Part shown: one piece after another, positions 26,360-36,496 of the stretch
Layout of the letters: each line of letters opens with the position of its first letter
How positions within the stretch are numbered: the stretch's first letter is position 1
NCBI GenBank assembly: GCA_037147155.1
Contig: JBAWVR010000003.1
Span: 1-36,557 of the forward strand
Length of the DNA: 36,557 nt
Reading direction: 5' to 3'
DNA from: a bacterium
GTDB taxonomy: Bacteria > Patescibacteriota > Minisyncoccia > Phycocordibacterales > GWA1-40-21
Notes under the pieces: model-generated
The model's database searches: none
The model's input: only the letters and a program-made list of their open reading frames with translations
What the model was told of the DNA's origin: nothing
Translations under genes and position numbers: made by a program

Positions 26360-26390
26360 AAAAAACGGTCTGCTCTGCAGACCGTTTTTT
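26360..26390. terminator. Bidirectional intrinsic terminator
   Basis: AAAAAACGGTCTGC-tct-GCAGACCGTTTTTT. Confidence 0.85.
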
Positions 26391-28142
26391 CTATTCTGTG
26401 ACCACTCTCAGAACCTCCTCAATAGTAGTTATTCCCTGAACACACTTAAATATTCCATCTTCAATCATTGTCATCATTCCTTCTTTCTTAGCCTGTTCTT
26501 CAATCTTCTGTGATGTCTCGCCCTTAATCACTAAATCACGAATAGTTGGTGACATCTTCAGCACTTCACTAATACAGACGCGACCCTTGTAACCATCTTT
26601 GAATTCAGTGTTTGGCACAGCTTTGCACATTTCCACAGTTTCCCAAGTCGCATCTTCTTTGACAATTTTTTCTGCCTTGAGATAACGCATAACATTGTCC
26701 AAGTTGGCCACCTTTTTTAATGATTCAATCTCGGCGGCGTTTAATTTGTATTTTTCTTTACTTGGGGCCAGTTTACGAATCAAGCGTTGACCAATAGCTA
26801 CATCGAGGGTAGAGACGAGTAGAAAAGGTTCAATCTTCATATCCATCATGCGAGGAATAGTACCAGCGGCGGAGTTGGTGTGAAGTGTGGAGAGGACCAA
26901 GTGACCAGTCAGAGCAGCATTCACTGCCAAAGAAGCGGTTTCATTATCGCGGATTTCACCTACCATTATAATGTCTGGATCCTGACGCACAAGAGAGCGC
27001 AAGCCGTTGGAGAAAGTAAATCCGATTTCTGGTTTGACCTGAGTTTGATTAACTCTCTGCATTTGATATTCAATTGGATCTTCAATGGTCGCAATGTTCA
27101 CATCGGTCTCATTCAAAATATCTAAAATAGTATACAGGGTGGTAGTTTTACCGGAACCAGTCGGACCAGTGGTGAGGATCATGCCGTTAGCCTTTTTGGT
27201 CGCTTCATAAATACGCTCTAGTGATTCACCATGAAAACCCATCGCTTCCAAAGTAAAACCAGAGACTGATTCACGCAACAAACGCATAACTGTTTTCTCT
27301 CCATAGTAGGTAGGTATCATAGACACACGGAAAGAAACTTTTTCGTTGGTGAGTTCTACTTTGAAACGTCCATCTTGAGGCAAACGCTTTTCGTCGAGTT
27401 TAAGGTTGGCCAAAACTTTGATACGGGCAGTCACACTTTCAGCTGCGTTTTTTGGCAACACCATCGCATCATGAAGCATACCGTCGATACGATAGCGGAC
27501 AAGAACTTTATCTTCTAATACTTCAATGTGAATATCTGATGCGCCTTGTAGGATAGCGTGTTTCAAAAGCGTGTCGACAATGCGGACAACTGGCAAATCT
27601 TCAGCTAATTTCTTCAAATCCTTCTCACCCAATTCTGGAGCACCAGCCTCCGAAGCCATTTTCAAAGTCTGAGCATCTTGTTGAATCAAATCACCAAACT
27701 CCGCTTTCAAACTTTTTTGGTACTGTAGTAAAGAATTTTTTATAGAATCCCCATCGGTCAGACGCACCAACAGTTTTACACCAACTTTTTTCTTGATAAA
27801 GTCGAGTGAGACCAAATCCCCTACATCAAGCATAGCCACCTCTAAAGAGTCAGGATTTTTCTTGTAAGCAATAACATTGTTTTTGCGAGCAATCGGTTCC
27901 GGGATCAGAGATAAGACTTCAAACGGAATTTTTTCATCTTTCAAACTCACAAAAGGTACACCCAAAATATAAGCTTTGGTACGTCGCAGATCATCATCGG
28001 TCATTTTACCCTTGGAGATTAACATATCCGAAAGACTCTGGCCCTTCTCTAGAGCTTCTTTGGCAATAGCATCCAAATCTGTCTTGGACACCAAGCCGGA
28101 ATCGGCAATGAACTCCTGCAGTTGTTTATCTTGAATGATCAT
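26391..28142 (-). CDS. pilB: Type IV pilus assembly ATPase PilB (GspE/PulE family)
   Basis: ASDIH, RLPQDGR, GPTGSGKTTT, TIEDPIE, RQDPDIIMVGEIRD and TGHLVLSTLH. Confidence 0.95.
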   Translation of the reverse strand: MIIQDKQLQEFIADSGLVSKTDLDAIAKEALEKGQSLSDMLISKGKMTDDDLRRTKAYILGVPFVSLKDEKIPFEVLSLIPEPIARKNNVIAYKKNPDSLEVAMLDVGDLVSLDFIKKKVGVKLLVRLTDGDSIKNSLLQYQKSLKAEFGDLIQQDAQTLKMASEAGAPELGEKDLKKLAEDLPVVRIVDTLLKHAILQGASDIHIEVLEDKVLVRYRIDGMLHDAMVLPKNAAESVTARIKVLANLKLDEKRLPQDGRFKVELTNEKVSFRVSMIPTYYGEKTVMRLLRESVSGFTLEAMGFHGESLERIYEATKKANGMILTTGPTGSGKTTTLYTILDILNETDVNIATIEDPIEYQMQRVNQTQVKPEIGFTFSNGLRSLVRQDPDIIMVGEIRDNETASLAVNAALTGHLVLSTLHTNSAAGTIPRMMDMKIEPFLLVSTLDVAIGQRLIRKLAPSKEKYKLNAAEIESLKKVANLDNVMRYLKAEKIVKEDATWETVEMCKAVPNTEFKDGYKGRVCISEVLKMSPTIRDLVIKGETSQKIEEQAKKEGMMTMIEDGIFKCVQGITTIEEVLRVVTE

Positions 28143-28194
28143 AAATAGTTTTGTAAATTACTTCTGTAATTATATCAGATTATTGATTCAGACA

Positions 28195-28272
28195 AAAGAA
28201 AACAGACGGGTTTCGCGTGCCTAAAACAAATAATAATTTGTTCGGCCAAGAGCGAAACCCGTCTGTTTTCTT
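28195..28272 (-). terminator. Long-stem hairpin / terminator after the secreted-protein module
   Basis: AAAGAAAACAGACGGGTTTCGC ... GCGAAACCCGTCTGTTTTCTTT with a structured loop. Confidence 0.65.
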
Positions 28273-28277
28273 TGTAA

Positions 28278-29255
28278 TTATTCCACCCCAGTCACTTTTA
28301 GTATTCTTCCTCCAGTCACAGCTGCGCAATCTCCCCAAGCCGAAGATCTAACCCAGACGTACTTGATTCCAGATTGTGTCAAATAGCCTGTGTAATAGCC
28401 ATTAATTGATGTATCCATCCAATCGTCTGTTGTTAGTTTACTTCCATCCGGGAAAATGATTTCATCACGCACACCCTGAGTACAAGTAACCGGATCAGCG
28501 TCTCCATTATCGCCCCAAAGGTTCCAATAGTTTATTCCCATTTTAAGGGTTATGTTATTATTTCCAACAACAAGCTTTCCTGAAGACCAATTAGCCAAAG
28601 CAGTTTGGTTTACATATGTATCTGTGACATAACCAGTAGATCTTTTATGATTGATGACGACATTAAGGTTTGGTGTGTTAACACACTTGGTTGTACCATC
28701 TATACAGACTTTGTAACTAGTAAAAACAGTTTTTCCATAGAGCCAACAAGTAAAGACATCTTTACCACTGATATCATCATAGGCCACAACGTAGCCTTTT
28801 TTATAACTATTTGTGGAAGCAATACCCTCACAAAATGTTTGAGCGGTTGGAATACTACCGCTGGTTTCTATTTCCTTATTACTAAAATAAACAAAATCTG
28901 GACCAAGGTCGGCTGGAGGGGTAATGTTTTCTTGAACAGCTGGGGTCTTCCAACTCGCCACGCCGTTGGCGTCGGATGTCAAGACTTTTCCAGCTCCTTG
29001 AGATCCATTGATTATGGTAGTGGTTCCCACAATAAGAACATTCCCTTTGACTTGAAGCTTGGCTAATTCATTGCCCAAAATATTTTCTCCAAGGATTAAG
29101 TTACCAACTTTAATTTGCTGATTTGCACCTACATTGAGTGGAGCGGCTACGTTTTTATCTGGCGCTGGGGCTGTTGGACCAGTCCAGGCATAGATATAGC
29201 CGATACCAAAAACAAATATTGAAAGGAGTAAGAGTGATTTAAAAGTGTTTTTCAT
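28278..29255 (-). CDS. Secreted protein with N-terminal AWTGPT..P..N..P module and GKVLTSDANGV.SW fibre-like motif
   Basis: Signal peptide; N-terminus paralogous to 30568-31791. Confidence 0.75.
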   Translation of the reverse strand: MKNTFKSLLLLSIFVFGIGYIYAWTGPTAPAPDKNVAAPLNVGANQQIKVGNLILGENILGNELAKLQVKGNVLIVGTTTIINGSQGAGKVLTSDANGVASWKTPAVQENITPPADLGPDFVYFSNKEIETSGSIPTAQTFCEGIASTNSYKKGYVVAYDDISGKDVFTCWLYGKTVFTSYKVCIDGTTKCVNTPNLNVVINHKRSTGYVTDTYVNQTALANWSSGKLVVGNNNITLKMGINYWNLWGDNGDADPVTCTQGVRDEIIFPDGSKLTTDDWMDTSINGYYTGYLTQSGIKYVWVRSSAWGDCAAVTGGRILKVTGVE

Positions 29256-29267
29256 ATTTATTAATGA

Positions 29268-30422
29268 TTAATCTATAATAATACTATTTCGTACACACTT
29301 ACTTCCCGCTCGAGAATAAGTATAGGTGGTATCAGCCGGCTTACAAGTCCAATCACAAGCCTTTAAATCAACATCGCTAGTAGAAACTGGCACGAAGGTC
29401 CAATTCTTGTCTGTAGCACTAATAGGTAATTTATCACTCAGAATTCTAACGTAGCCAGTTGGGGCCGAACCAAGACAAGACTTTGTTGTTGCTCCACCAG
29501 TAGTTCCACCGGTTGTTCCACCACCAGTCGTACCACCTCCACCAACGGGGATATCCACACAGTTATTACCAACTTTTTCTTGTCCCGCACCACAAATAAC
29601 AATGTTGGCACAACCATTACCCACAACCTCTTGTCCGTCAGGACAAACTCTTACACATTCACCATTAACCAATTCTGCCCCTTCAGGACAAACACATTGG
29701 CCATTATTATTTACTAATCCTTCCCCACAGGCCGCACAATAGCTTCCAGTATCACTAGGAATTATTTTATCACCAGCACAACAATCACCATTATCATCGC
29801 GCGCTTCGTTATTTCCACAACTACCGCCAGGATTGTTGGTGGTGGTATTCATAAAATCAATCCAACCAACAATACTACCACCCCAGGCATAACCAAGAAG
29901 ATGATTATTGGTTCCACTTTTTACTCCATAACTACTTTTTCCATCAATAGTTTTACCGGCTAGAGAAATCCAACCATCCCAACCATCAGTTCGGGAAACT
30001 GTGCCACATCCACCATCGATACTACCAGCACAGGCTCTGGCCCAACCAGAAAGATTCTGATTTGAGTCAATTTGGGCAGTACATGTTCCGTCTGGACAAC
30101 CAGTCAATTTTGTAGAGTCGAAAGTTATCCAACCAATGTTGTCAGACCAAACATATCCACACAATTCTCTAGATATAGCATTGTCTGTGGCAGACTTTTT
30201 CACCCCAATACCGTATTCTCCTTGGTTCTCACCTAAATGTATCCAGCCAATAGTATCAGACCAAGCATAACCCCCCAGGCGTCCTGTTAGGACACCACTG
30301 CAACCGGGCAAGTTAGTATCAGCTTCGACACTATTTATTCTCACAGAACTCAAAAACCCACCGGCAAAGATGGATATAATCAGGAGAAAAAATGTAGTTA
30401 GAAAGATTTTTTTATTTTTCAT
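29268..30422 (-). CDS. Secreted GYxWSDxIGWI-repeat protein with Cys-rich repeats
   Basis: Signal peptide; GYAWSDTIGWI, GWDGWISL and C-x-C-P-x-G repeats; short paralog of 31819-36399. Confidence 0.8.
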   Translation of the reverse strand: MKNKKIFLTTFFLLIISIFAGGFLSSVRINSVEADTNLPGCSGVLTGRLGGYAWSDTIGWIHLGENQGEYGIGVKKSATDNAISRELCGYVWSDNIGWITFDSTKLTGCPDGTCTAQIDSNQNLSGWARACAGSIDGGCGTVSRTDGWDGWISLAGKTIDGKSSYGVKSGTNNHLLGYAWGGSIVGWIDFMNTTTNNPGGSCGNNEARDDNGDCCAGDKIIPSDTGSYCAACGEGLVNNNGQCVCPEGAELVNGECVRVCPDGQEVVGNGCANIVICGAGQEKVGNNCVDIPVGGGGTTGGGTTGGTTGGATTKSCLGSAPTGYVRILSDKLPISATDKNWTFVPVSTSDVDLKACDWTCKPADTTYTYSRAGSKCVRNSIIID

Positions 30423-30515
30423 TGATTGCTAAAATGTTTTTAATAAATGGTTTAACTTTGCTAATAGATAAAGTTAAATTACTTGCTAAATTATAACACT
30501 CAAACAATAAAAAGA

Positions 30516-30553
30516 AAAACCGCGAGCCTGACTTTCGTCGGACTCGCGGTTTT
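30516..30553 (-). terminator. Intrinsic terminator
   Basis: AAAAACCGCGAG...CTCGCGGTTTTT. Confidence 0.8.
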
Positions 30554-30567
30554 AATATTACCAAACT

Positions 30568-31791
30568 TTAATATATAACTACTACTCTTGTGTTATACAT
30601 CTTTTCGCTTGAATAGCCACTGGCTGTAACATTCACAGTGTATGCAGTGCCTTCTACCACCGGTATTGTTCCCATTAAAGTAAATGCTCTACTTCCACCA
30701 ACATTATTCAACACATTTGACCGCGCATAATCAAGCTCAGTCCCCCCAACCGACAAAACATATTTTATTGTTGCGGTGTAATTACCAGAAATATCACCTT
30801 TTGCCAAAATCAAAACATTTCCAGTCTTGGAAGCAGTAAAAGTGTATGTATAAGTCATCGGATTTGTTATATAAGTATCATAAGCTGCCTGCTTATCAGA
30901 TATACTAAAACCTAAACCTTGATTGCCTGTGTTCAGCGCCTGCCAACTTCCCACTCCATTTGCATCAGATGTCAGAACCTTACCCGCCGCTGGTGCACCA
31001 CCAGTTATTTTAACTTGACCAGCCACTTCCAGTGTAGCTGTTGGATTAACTACCCCGATACCAACATTACCTCCGAGTGGGTTCAATGTTATTGGCCAGG
31101 CAGTATTATTACTTACCTTAGCTTGCATCCAGTATGCCCAAGGGCTAGCAGTGAAGACACCTTGACTCAGCTCAACTCCAGCCGTTTCAAACGAGATAGC
31201 TGATGGCGCCCCAAAGGTCAGAGTTGGGTCATAGTTTGTAGTACCTGCATTAACATCTAATTTAGAATTTGGCGCATTGGTTCCGATCCCCACATTTCCT
31301 GTAGTATAATAAATATTTGCACCAGAAGTAGTCCATTGGGATGCAGATCCGAGACTTTTGGTGGTAACCCAGTAATCAGCCGAGGTGGTCGAAAACATAT
31401 CTCTCTGAGATTTCCAATAATCTGTAGAAGTAGTACCCCAACCATTATTACTAATTGAACCATTACCCACACAAACCCCATTAATTGCCACGCATCCACC
31501 GGTCAAATTAATTCCTCCAGAAAAAGTGGCAGTCGCATTGGACGTGGAGAAAATTCGTCCACCGAAAAGGGCGTTACCATTTACTTGCAATTTTGCCCTG
31601 GTCGGTTGATCAAGCAACATGTCATCACCCAATATCAAATTACCTAGCTTTGTTTGTTCAACATCTCCAGCATGGATTGGAGTTGGCAAATTATCTTCTG
31701 GTGGAACACCGGTCGGACCAGTCCAAGCATACAGGTATCCAGCACCAACAAGGAGAGAAGTAACAAAAAGTAATTTAATAGTGTTTTTCAT
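30568..31791 (-). CDS. Secreted tail-fibre/adhesin-like protein
   Basis: Signal peptide; AWTGPT module, GNVGIGT..P...L.V.G repeats and GKVLTSDANGVGSW. Confidence 0.75.
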   Translation of the reverse strand: MKNTIKLLFVTSLLVGAGYLYAWTGPTGVPPEDNLPTPIHAGDVEQTKLGNLILGDDMLLDQPTRAKLQVNGNALFGGRIFSTSNATATFSGGINLTGGCVAINGVCVGNGSISNNGWGTTSTDYWKSQRDMFSTTSADYWVTTKSLGSASQWTTSGANIYYTTGNVGIGTNAPNSKLDVNAGTTNYDPTLTFGAPSAISFETAGVELSQGVFTASPWAYWMQAKVSNNTAWPITLNPLGGNVGIGVVNPTATLEVAGQVKITGGAPAAGKVLTSDANGVGSWQALNTGNQGLGFSISDKQAAYDTYITNPMTYTYTFTASKTGNVLILAKGDISGNYTATIKYVLSVGGTELDYARSNVLNNVGGSRAFTLMGTIPVVEGTAYTVNVTASGYSSEKMYNTRVVVIY

Positions 31792-31818
31792 AATTTAATA
31801 ATAACAAATAATGATTCT

Positions 31819-34800
31819 TTAATCTAGAATAATAGTGTTTTTGAAACAGCGGTTACCACCACGAGAGTAAATATTCTTGGAATTTGCAGCTTTACATGTC
31901 CACTCGCAAACCTTTAAATCCTTACTTCTAGTCTTGACGGGCATAAATGACCAGACTAGCTTTGTGCTTGGAGTAACCAAAGCTTTATTAACACTTGATG
32001 CTCCGGAACGAACATAGCCATAAGGTCTAACTCCACCACAATATTGAATTGTTTTATCAGTTACACACTTTCCATCAGCATTTTCAGTCTGCCCAATCGG
32101 ACAACCTTGAACACAAACACCCAAGAGTTCAGCTCGCCCTTCTGGACAATCCGCCACACACTGACCACTGTTCTCCACTTCAGTTAATGAACAATTATCA
32201 ACACAGTCTGTACCATCAGAGGATTCTACCTGCCCTTCTGGACAATCTTTAACACATCTACCATCGATTGGAATATCTCCTTCATTACACTGATCCTGAC
32301 AAACGCCATCTGACTCAATCTTATCACCGCAATCCATAACACATTGTCCAGCTACATCTTTATAACCTGGATCACAATCTAGATTACACATTCCATTAGC
32401 TTCGTCTTTGGTATATCCATTTGGACAATCAATGAGACATTCGTCCATGAAATTGTACTCATTCTCCTGACAGATCTTCTTGCATTCTCCATCAACTGAT
32501 TCGTAACCATCTAAACAACCAGCGATACATTCTTGATTAAATTCAACCTCTGGCGGGGTACAAGTATTTTTACAAATACCATTGTCATCAACTTCACCTC
32601 CACCACAACCATCCTGACAAATTCCATCTACATTCACTTGCCAATCAGCACAAATATTCGTACATTCACCATATGATTCTACCTGTCCATCTGAACACTG
32701 TAGAGCACAGTGCGCTGGTGGAGGAATCTCGGACTGAATTTGACCTTCCGGACAATCCAAAACACACTGTCCACCATCTGCCTTGTAACCCAAACCACAG
32801 TCTTTGACACAGATTCCATCTGATTCAACATAGCCCACAGCGCAATCCAAAACACATTCATTACCAAAATCTTTGTATCCCTGTAAACAATCCAATACGC
32901 ACTGACCATCACCATTATCTTTGTATCCTTCTCCACAATCTATTAAATCTATTACGCATTGACCGTTCTTCTCTATTTTGCCTTCATCACAAATAATCAC
33001 ACACTCCCCGGCTACTTCTCTGTATTGTGATGGACACTCCGGAACACAAACACCAGCCAACTTTACTAAGCCATCTGAACACACATCTGTACAAATACCA
33101 TCTTGAGCTACCTGACCATCTGTACATCCATCTTTACACTCACCATTTGACTCAACCATCCCCAATGGACAGCTCGTGGTGATACACTGGCCGCTAAAAT
33201 CTACGGTGCCATCTGGACAAACAGTTCGACATTCATTTTCAAACAACACCTCTCCTTCCCGACAGACATCCACACACACCCCAGTTGTTGATTTGACTTT
33301 ACCCAAAGCTTCACAATCCGGTACACAAATATTAAATTCCATTTTTTCATTAGCAGGACATTCACATACACCATTCACGGCTTCTGATCCACCTAAACAG
33401 CTTGGAACACAAGTACCTTGATAAGTCACTTTACCCAATTGTTCACAAGTTATAATACTAATACACTGACTATCATAATATGTCATGTCCTCCGGACAGA
33501 CGGTGACACATTGTCCAGCCACATCTTCCTTGCCATCTGGACACAAACACTGTCCGTCTACCTCCACTTTTTCCCCTGCACAAACCTGGCAGTAGGTATT
33601 TCTGATTGTTTGACCCAAGAGACCAGTTGTAATAGTTGTAACCAGCTTATTATTTTCTAGTGTGGCCGGACAACAAATACCATTATCATCTTTTACTTCT
33701 CCATTCGCACAGGTAGCAAAATCTATCTTGACATCAAAGAAATCCAGCCATCCCAAAACATCACTACCCCAAGCAAAACCCGTGAGAGCGTCACCTGACA
33801 GTCCAGATATGCCATATTTTTCGCGGGCTGTAGTTGTACCTGATAGAGAAATCCAACCATCCCAACCACCATTGAGTGAACCTTTTAAGCTTGCTGGATC
33901 AGTGATAGTTCTTACTACTGTGGTAGTTACTGGTGTTCCACCAATATCAACTAGAGTGTAAGTTGAAACATTGGTTGGAACATTTATTGTACTAGTTGAG
34001 GTCACTGGTTTAGAAACATATATTTTACCTCCGTAAACAACTGCAGTCAGAATACTACCGTTGTCCGATACGGCCACAGAACGCCACACCCTGGCAACAT
34101 CGCTTGTCCTTGGATACCAGTAATCACCAGTACTTGTAGACATATATAGATATCCACCACTAACCACAGCAGCCTGTATCGAGCCGCCAGCAGACATTGC
34201 TACACCCTGCCAGTCTAAATTAGGAGTTTTTTGGTACCAATTTGTACCAGAATTCTTTGTTGTATATATTTTAGACGGAGTCAGGCCAGTAAAACCTGCA
34301 ACCAAATCTGGATCACTACCAGCAACAACCGTTCTAACAGTACCATTACTGGACATAGAGGTATTTACTTTATAACCATAAGGAACTCCTCTGTAACCAC
34401 TAACCCAACCAGCCCCTTTATCAATATCCCAAGTACCAACCACAGATTTAATCAAGCCATTTTGAGTAATATAAGTGTCATAAAAACCAGTGCAACCAGG
34501 ACCACTTTCGGATAAAAAAGTTTTGCCATAATTTGTAGAATAATAAACACAACCGGTACCCATGTCTCCATAATAATTATTTTCTGAAAACATTTGTTTA
34601 CTACCATCAGCAGACATCGCCGCCGATGTCCACATTGAACCCGCTAAATTTTTACTAACATTCACCCAGGTGTTGCCCGAGGTTGTTGAAACAAAAACCC
34701 CATCCCAACCAGCAGCCAGTTGATATGTACCTGTTGCAGATACAGCAATCGAACGCCAGCCACGGTTTACATCGGTCATTTTCCCTGTCCAAGAATCACC

Positions 34801-36399
34801 AGAATCGTTTGATTCGTAAATATAACCACCTTTTTCAACTGCCGCTTGCATTACACCATCACGTGAAACTGCAACATCAACCCAGTTTCTATTCTTGTCT
34901 GTCGCTTTCTCTAACCAATTGTCTCCGTACCCACCAGTAGTAGTCGTGACTGTTTGAGGAACATTAACCACAGTGGTACTAGTCTCTATTCTCTTATTTG
35001 GAGAAATCGAAGTATAAATTGTGCCGTTTTCTTGAACCGCAGTCATAACTGAGCCATCAGCGGAAACTGCTACACCAGTCCAACCACCAGCTGGTGCTGT
35101 TTTTTTCTCCCAATACAAACCGGTGCTTGTGGAAACATATATTCTGCCCTCGCCTGGTTGAGTCGCTGTGTCTCCCCAAGACACTGCCACCTGCACACTG
35201 CCATCAGCAGTCATGTCCACATCTGTCCAACTCATTTGTGCGTACTGAGAGCCAAGTTGTGTCCACTTACTTCCAGTAGTGGTTGATATATATATCGTTC
35301 CCTCAGCCATAAGACCAGTTAGTATCGAACCATCTGCGGATGACTGCATAACATTGAAATTATCGAAATTCCTGAAACTAGTATTGACCGTCGGCCAAGA
35401 GCCATTGGTTAAACCATGATTTATTGATATACCCAAAAAACCATCACCACCAGCATCGACGGCCATAAATTCTTTACTGCCATCTGAGGTAATAGCCACA
35501 CCACGTGGATCTGCGCCCATATCATAAACTGTCCAGCTCGCGCCATAAGTTTGCGATACGCCAGCCAGAGCCGAATCACTGATAGCTACCTGATATTGCC
35601 CACTGTTGGACATAACAACTTTTTTCCAACTAGCTCCACATCCTGTACAGCCAGTGGCCGTCCAAGTATTGCCATAGTCCGAAGAAGTGTAGATCGAACC
35701 GCCATTCACCACTGCCGTTTGATATTTTCCATCTGTAGATGGATCAGTTGACATGGCCACACTGGTCCACATACGATTAGTAGAAGTTGCTGTCCAAGTC
35801 TCTCCATAATCCTTGGATAAATAAATTTTGCCACCATTAACAACCGCCGTTTGGAGTTTTCCATCCGAGGACATGGCTACACCAGACCAATTTCTATTAA
35901 CAGTCGTCTTTTGTACCCAAGTATCCCCCGCTGGTTTAGTAACATATGTCGTCACGGTTGAAGTAGATAGAATTTTTCCACTACCAGTATATTCCCCGCA
36001 CATGCCATCAGTACTACCCGCACAAGCTCTGGCCCAACCAGAAATATTTTTATTAGACATGCCATCGATTTTGGCTGTACATTCACCAGCAGGACAATTA
36101 TTTAAATCCAGGGCATTAAAAGATACCCAGCCGATATTATCTGCCCAGCCATAACCACAGAGATTTTTGTCAGATTTTATACCCACACCATAAGTACCCT
36201 CATTTTCTCCAAGACTAATCCAGCCAATATTGTCAGACCAGATATAGCCACTGAGGCGACCGATCAAACTATCACTACAACCTGGCAAATTGGTATCAGC
36301 TGTCACTTTTTCTATTTTGAAATCACGAAAAGAACTTCCAGCAAAAATAGCTGCAATTAAAAGAAGAAAGGTAAAAAGAAAAAGTTTTTTATTTTTCAT
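31819..36399 (-). CDS. Giant secreted protein: GWI-repeat domain, two beta-propeller-like (W..VA.S.DG / S.D.G.TW) blocks, long Cys-rich repeat stalk and conserved C-terminal domain
   Basis: 1526-aa ORF with all motifs directly visible. Confidence 0.85.
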   Translation of the reverse strand: MKNKKLFLFTFLLLIAAIFAGSSFRDFKIEKVTADTNLPGCSDSLIGRLSGYIWSDNIGWISLGENEGTYGVGIKSDKNLCGYGWADNIGWVSFNALDLNNCPAGECTAKIDGMSNKNISGWARACAGSTDGMCGEYTGSGKILSTSTVTTYVTKPAGDTWVQKTTVNRNWSGVAMSSDGKLQTAVVNGGKIYLSKDYGETWTATSTNRMWTSVAMSTDPSTDGKYQTAVVNGGSIYTSSDYGNTWTATGCTGCGASWKKVVMSNSGQYQVAISDSALAGVSQTYGASWTVYDMGADPRGVAITSDGSKEFMAVDAGGDGFLGISINHGLTNGSWPTVNTSFRNFDNFNVMQSSADGSILTGLMAEGTIYISTTTGSKWTQLGSQYAQMSWTDVDMTADGSVQVAVSWGDTATQPGEGRIYVSTSTGLYWEKKTAPAGGWTGVAVSADGSVMTAVQENGTIYTSISPNKRIETSTTVVNVPQTVTTTTGGYGDNWLEKATDKNRNWVDVAVSRDGVMQAAVEKGGYIYESNDSGDSWTGKMTDVNRGWRSIAVSATGTYQLAAGWDGVFVSTTSGNTWVNVSKNLAGSMWTSAAMSADGSKQMFSENNYYGDMGTGCVYYSTNYGKTFLSESGPGCTGFYDTYITQNGLIKSVVGTWDIDKGAGWVSGYRGVPYGYKVNTSMSSNGTVRTVVAGSDPDLVAGFTGLTPSKIYTTKNSGTNWYQKTPNLDWQGVAMSAGGSIQAAVVSGGYLYMSTSTGDYWYPRTSDVARVWRSVAVSDNGSILTAVVYGGKIYVSKPVTSTSTINVPTNVSTYTLVDIGGTPVTTTVVRTITDPASLKGSLNGGWDGWISLSGTTTAREKYGISGLSGDALTGFAWGSDVLGWLDFFDVKIDFATCANGEVKDDNGICCPATLENNKLVTTITTGLLGQTIRNTYCQVCAGEKVEVDGQCLCPDGKEDVAGQCVTVCPEDMTYYDSQCISIITCEQLGKVTYQGTCVPSCLGGSEAVNGVCECPANEKMEFNICVPDCEALGKVKSTTGVCVDVCREGEVLFENECRTVCPDGTVDFSGQCITTSCPLGMVESNGECKDGCTDGQVAQDGICTDVCSDGLVKLAGVCVPECPSQYREVAGECVIICDEGKIEKNGQCVIDLIDCGEGYKDNGDGQCVLDCLQGYKDFGNECVLDCAVGYVESDGICVKDCGLGYKADGGQCVLDCPEGQIQSEIPPPAHCALQCSDGQVESYGECTNICADWQVNVDGICQDGCGGGEVDDNGICKNTCTPPEVEFNQECIAGCLDGYESVDGECKKICQENEYNFMDECLIDCPNGYTKDEANGMCNLDCDPGYKDVAGQCVMDCGDKIESDGVCQDQCNEGDIPIDGRCVKDCPEGQVESSDGTDCVDNCSLTEVENSGQCVADCPEGRAELLGVCVQGCPIGQTENADGKCVTDKTIQYCGGVRPYGYVRSGASSVNKALVTPSTKLVWSFMPVKTRSKDLKVCEWTCKAANSKNIYSRGGNRCFKNTIILD

Positions 36400-36455
36400 T
36401 TACGACTTGGTGCTTATAAAATACTACAAAAATTATAACATTTATTTAGAAAAGA

Positions 36456-36496
36456 AAAAACCGCAAGTTTGGCTCCTGCCAAACTTGCGGTTTTTA
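36456..36496 (-). terminator. Intrinsic terminator of an upstream unit
   Basis: AAAAACCGCAAGTTTGGC-tcct-GCCAAACTTGCGGTTTTT. Confidence 0.8.

Noticed and set aside
28278-31791. DGR or shufflon diversifying the fibre-like genes
   Set aside because: No reverse transcriptase or invertase, no adenine-specific TR/VR pair, and no inverted silent cassettes seen.
28278-36399. Prophage tail region
   Set aside because: The proteins have signal peptides, and no capsid, terminase or integrase genes are present.
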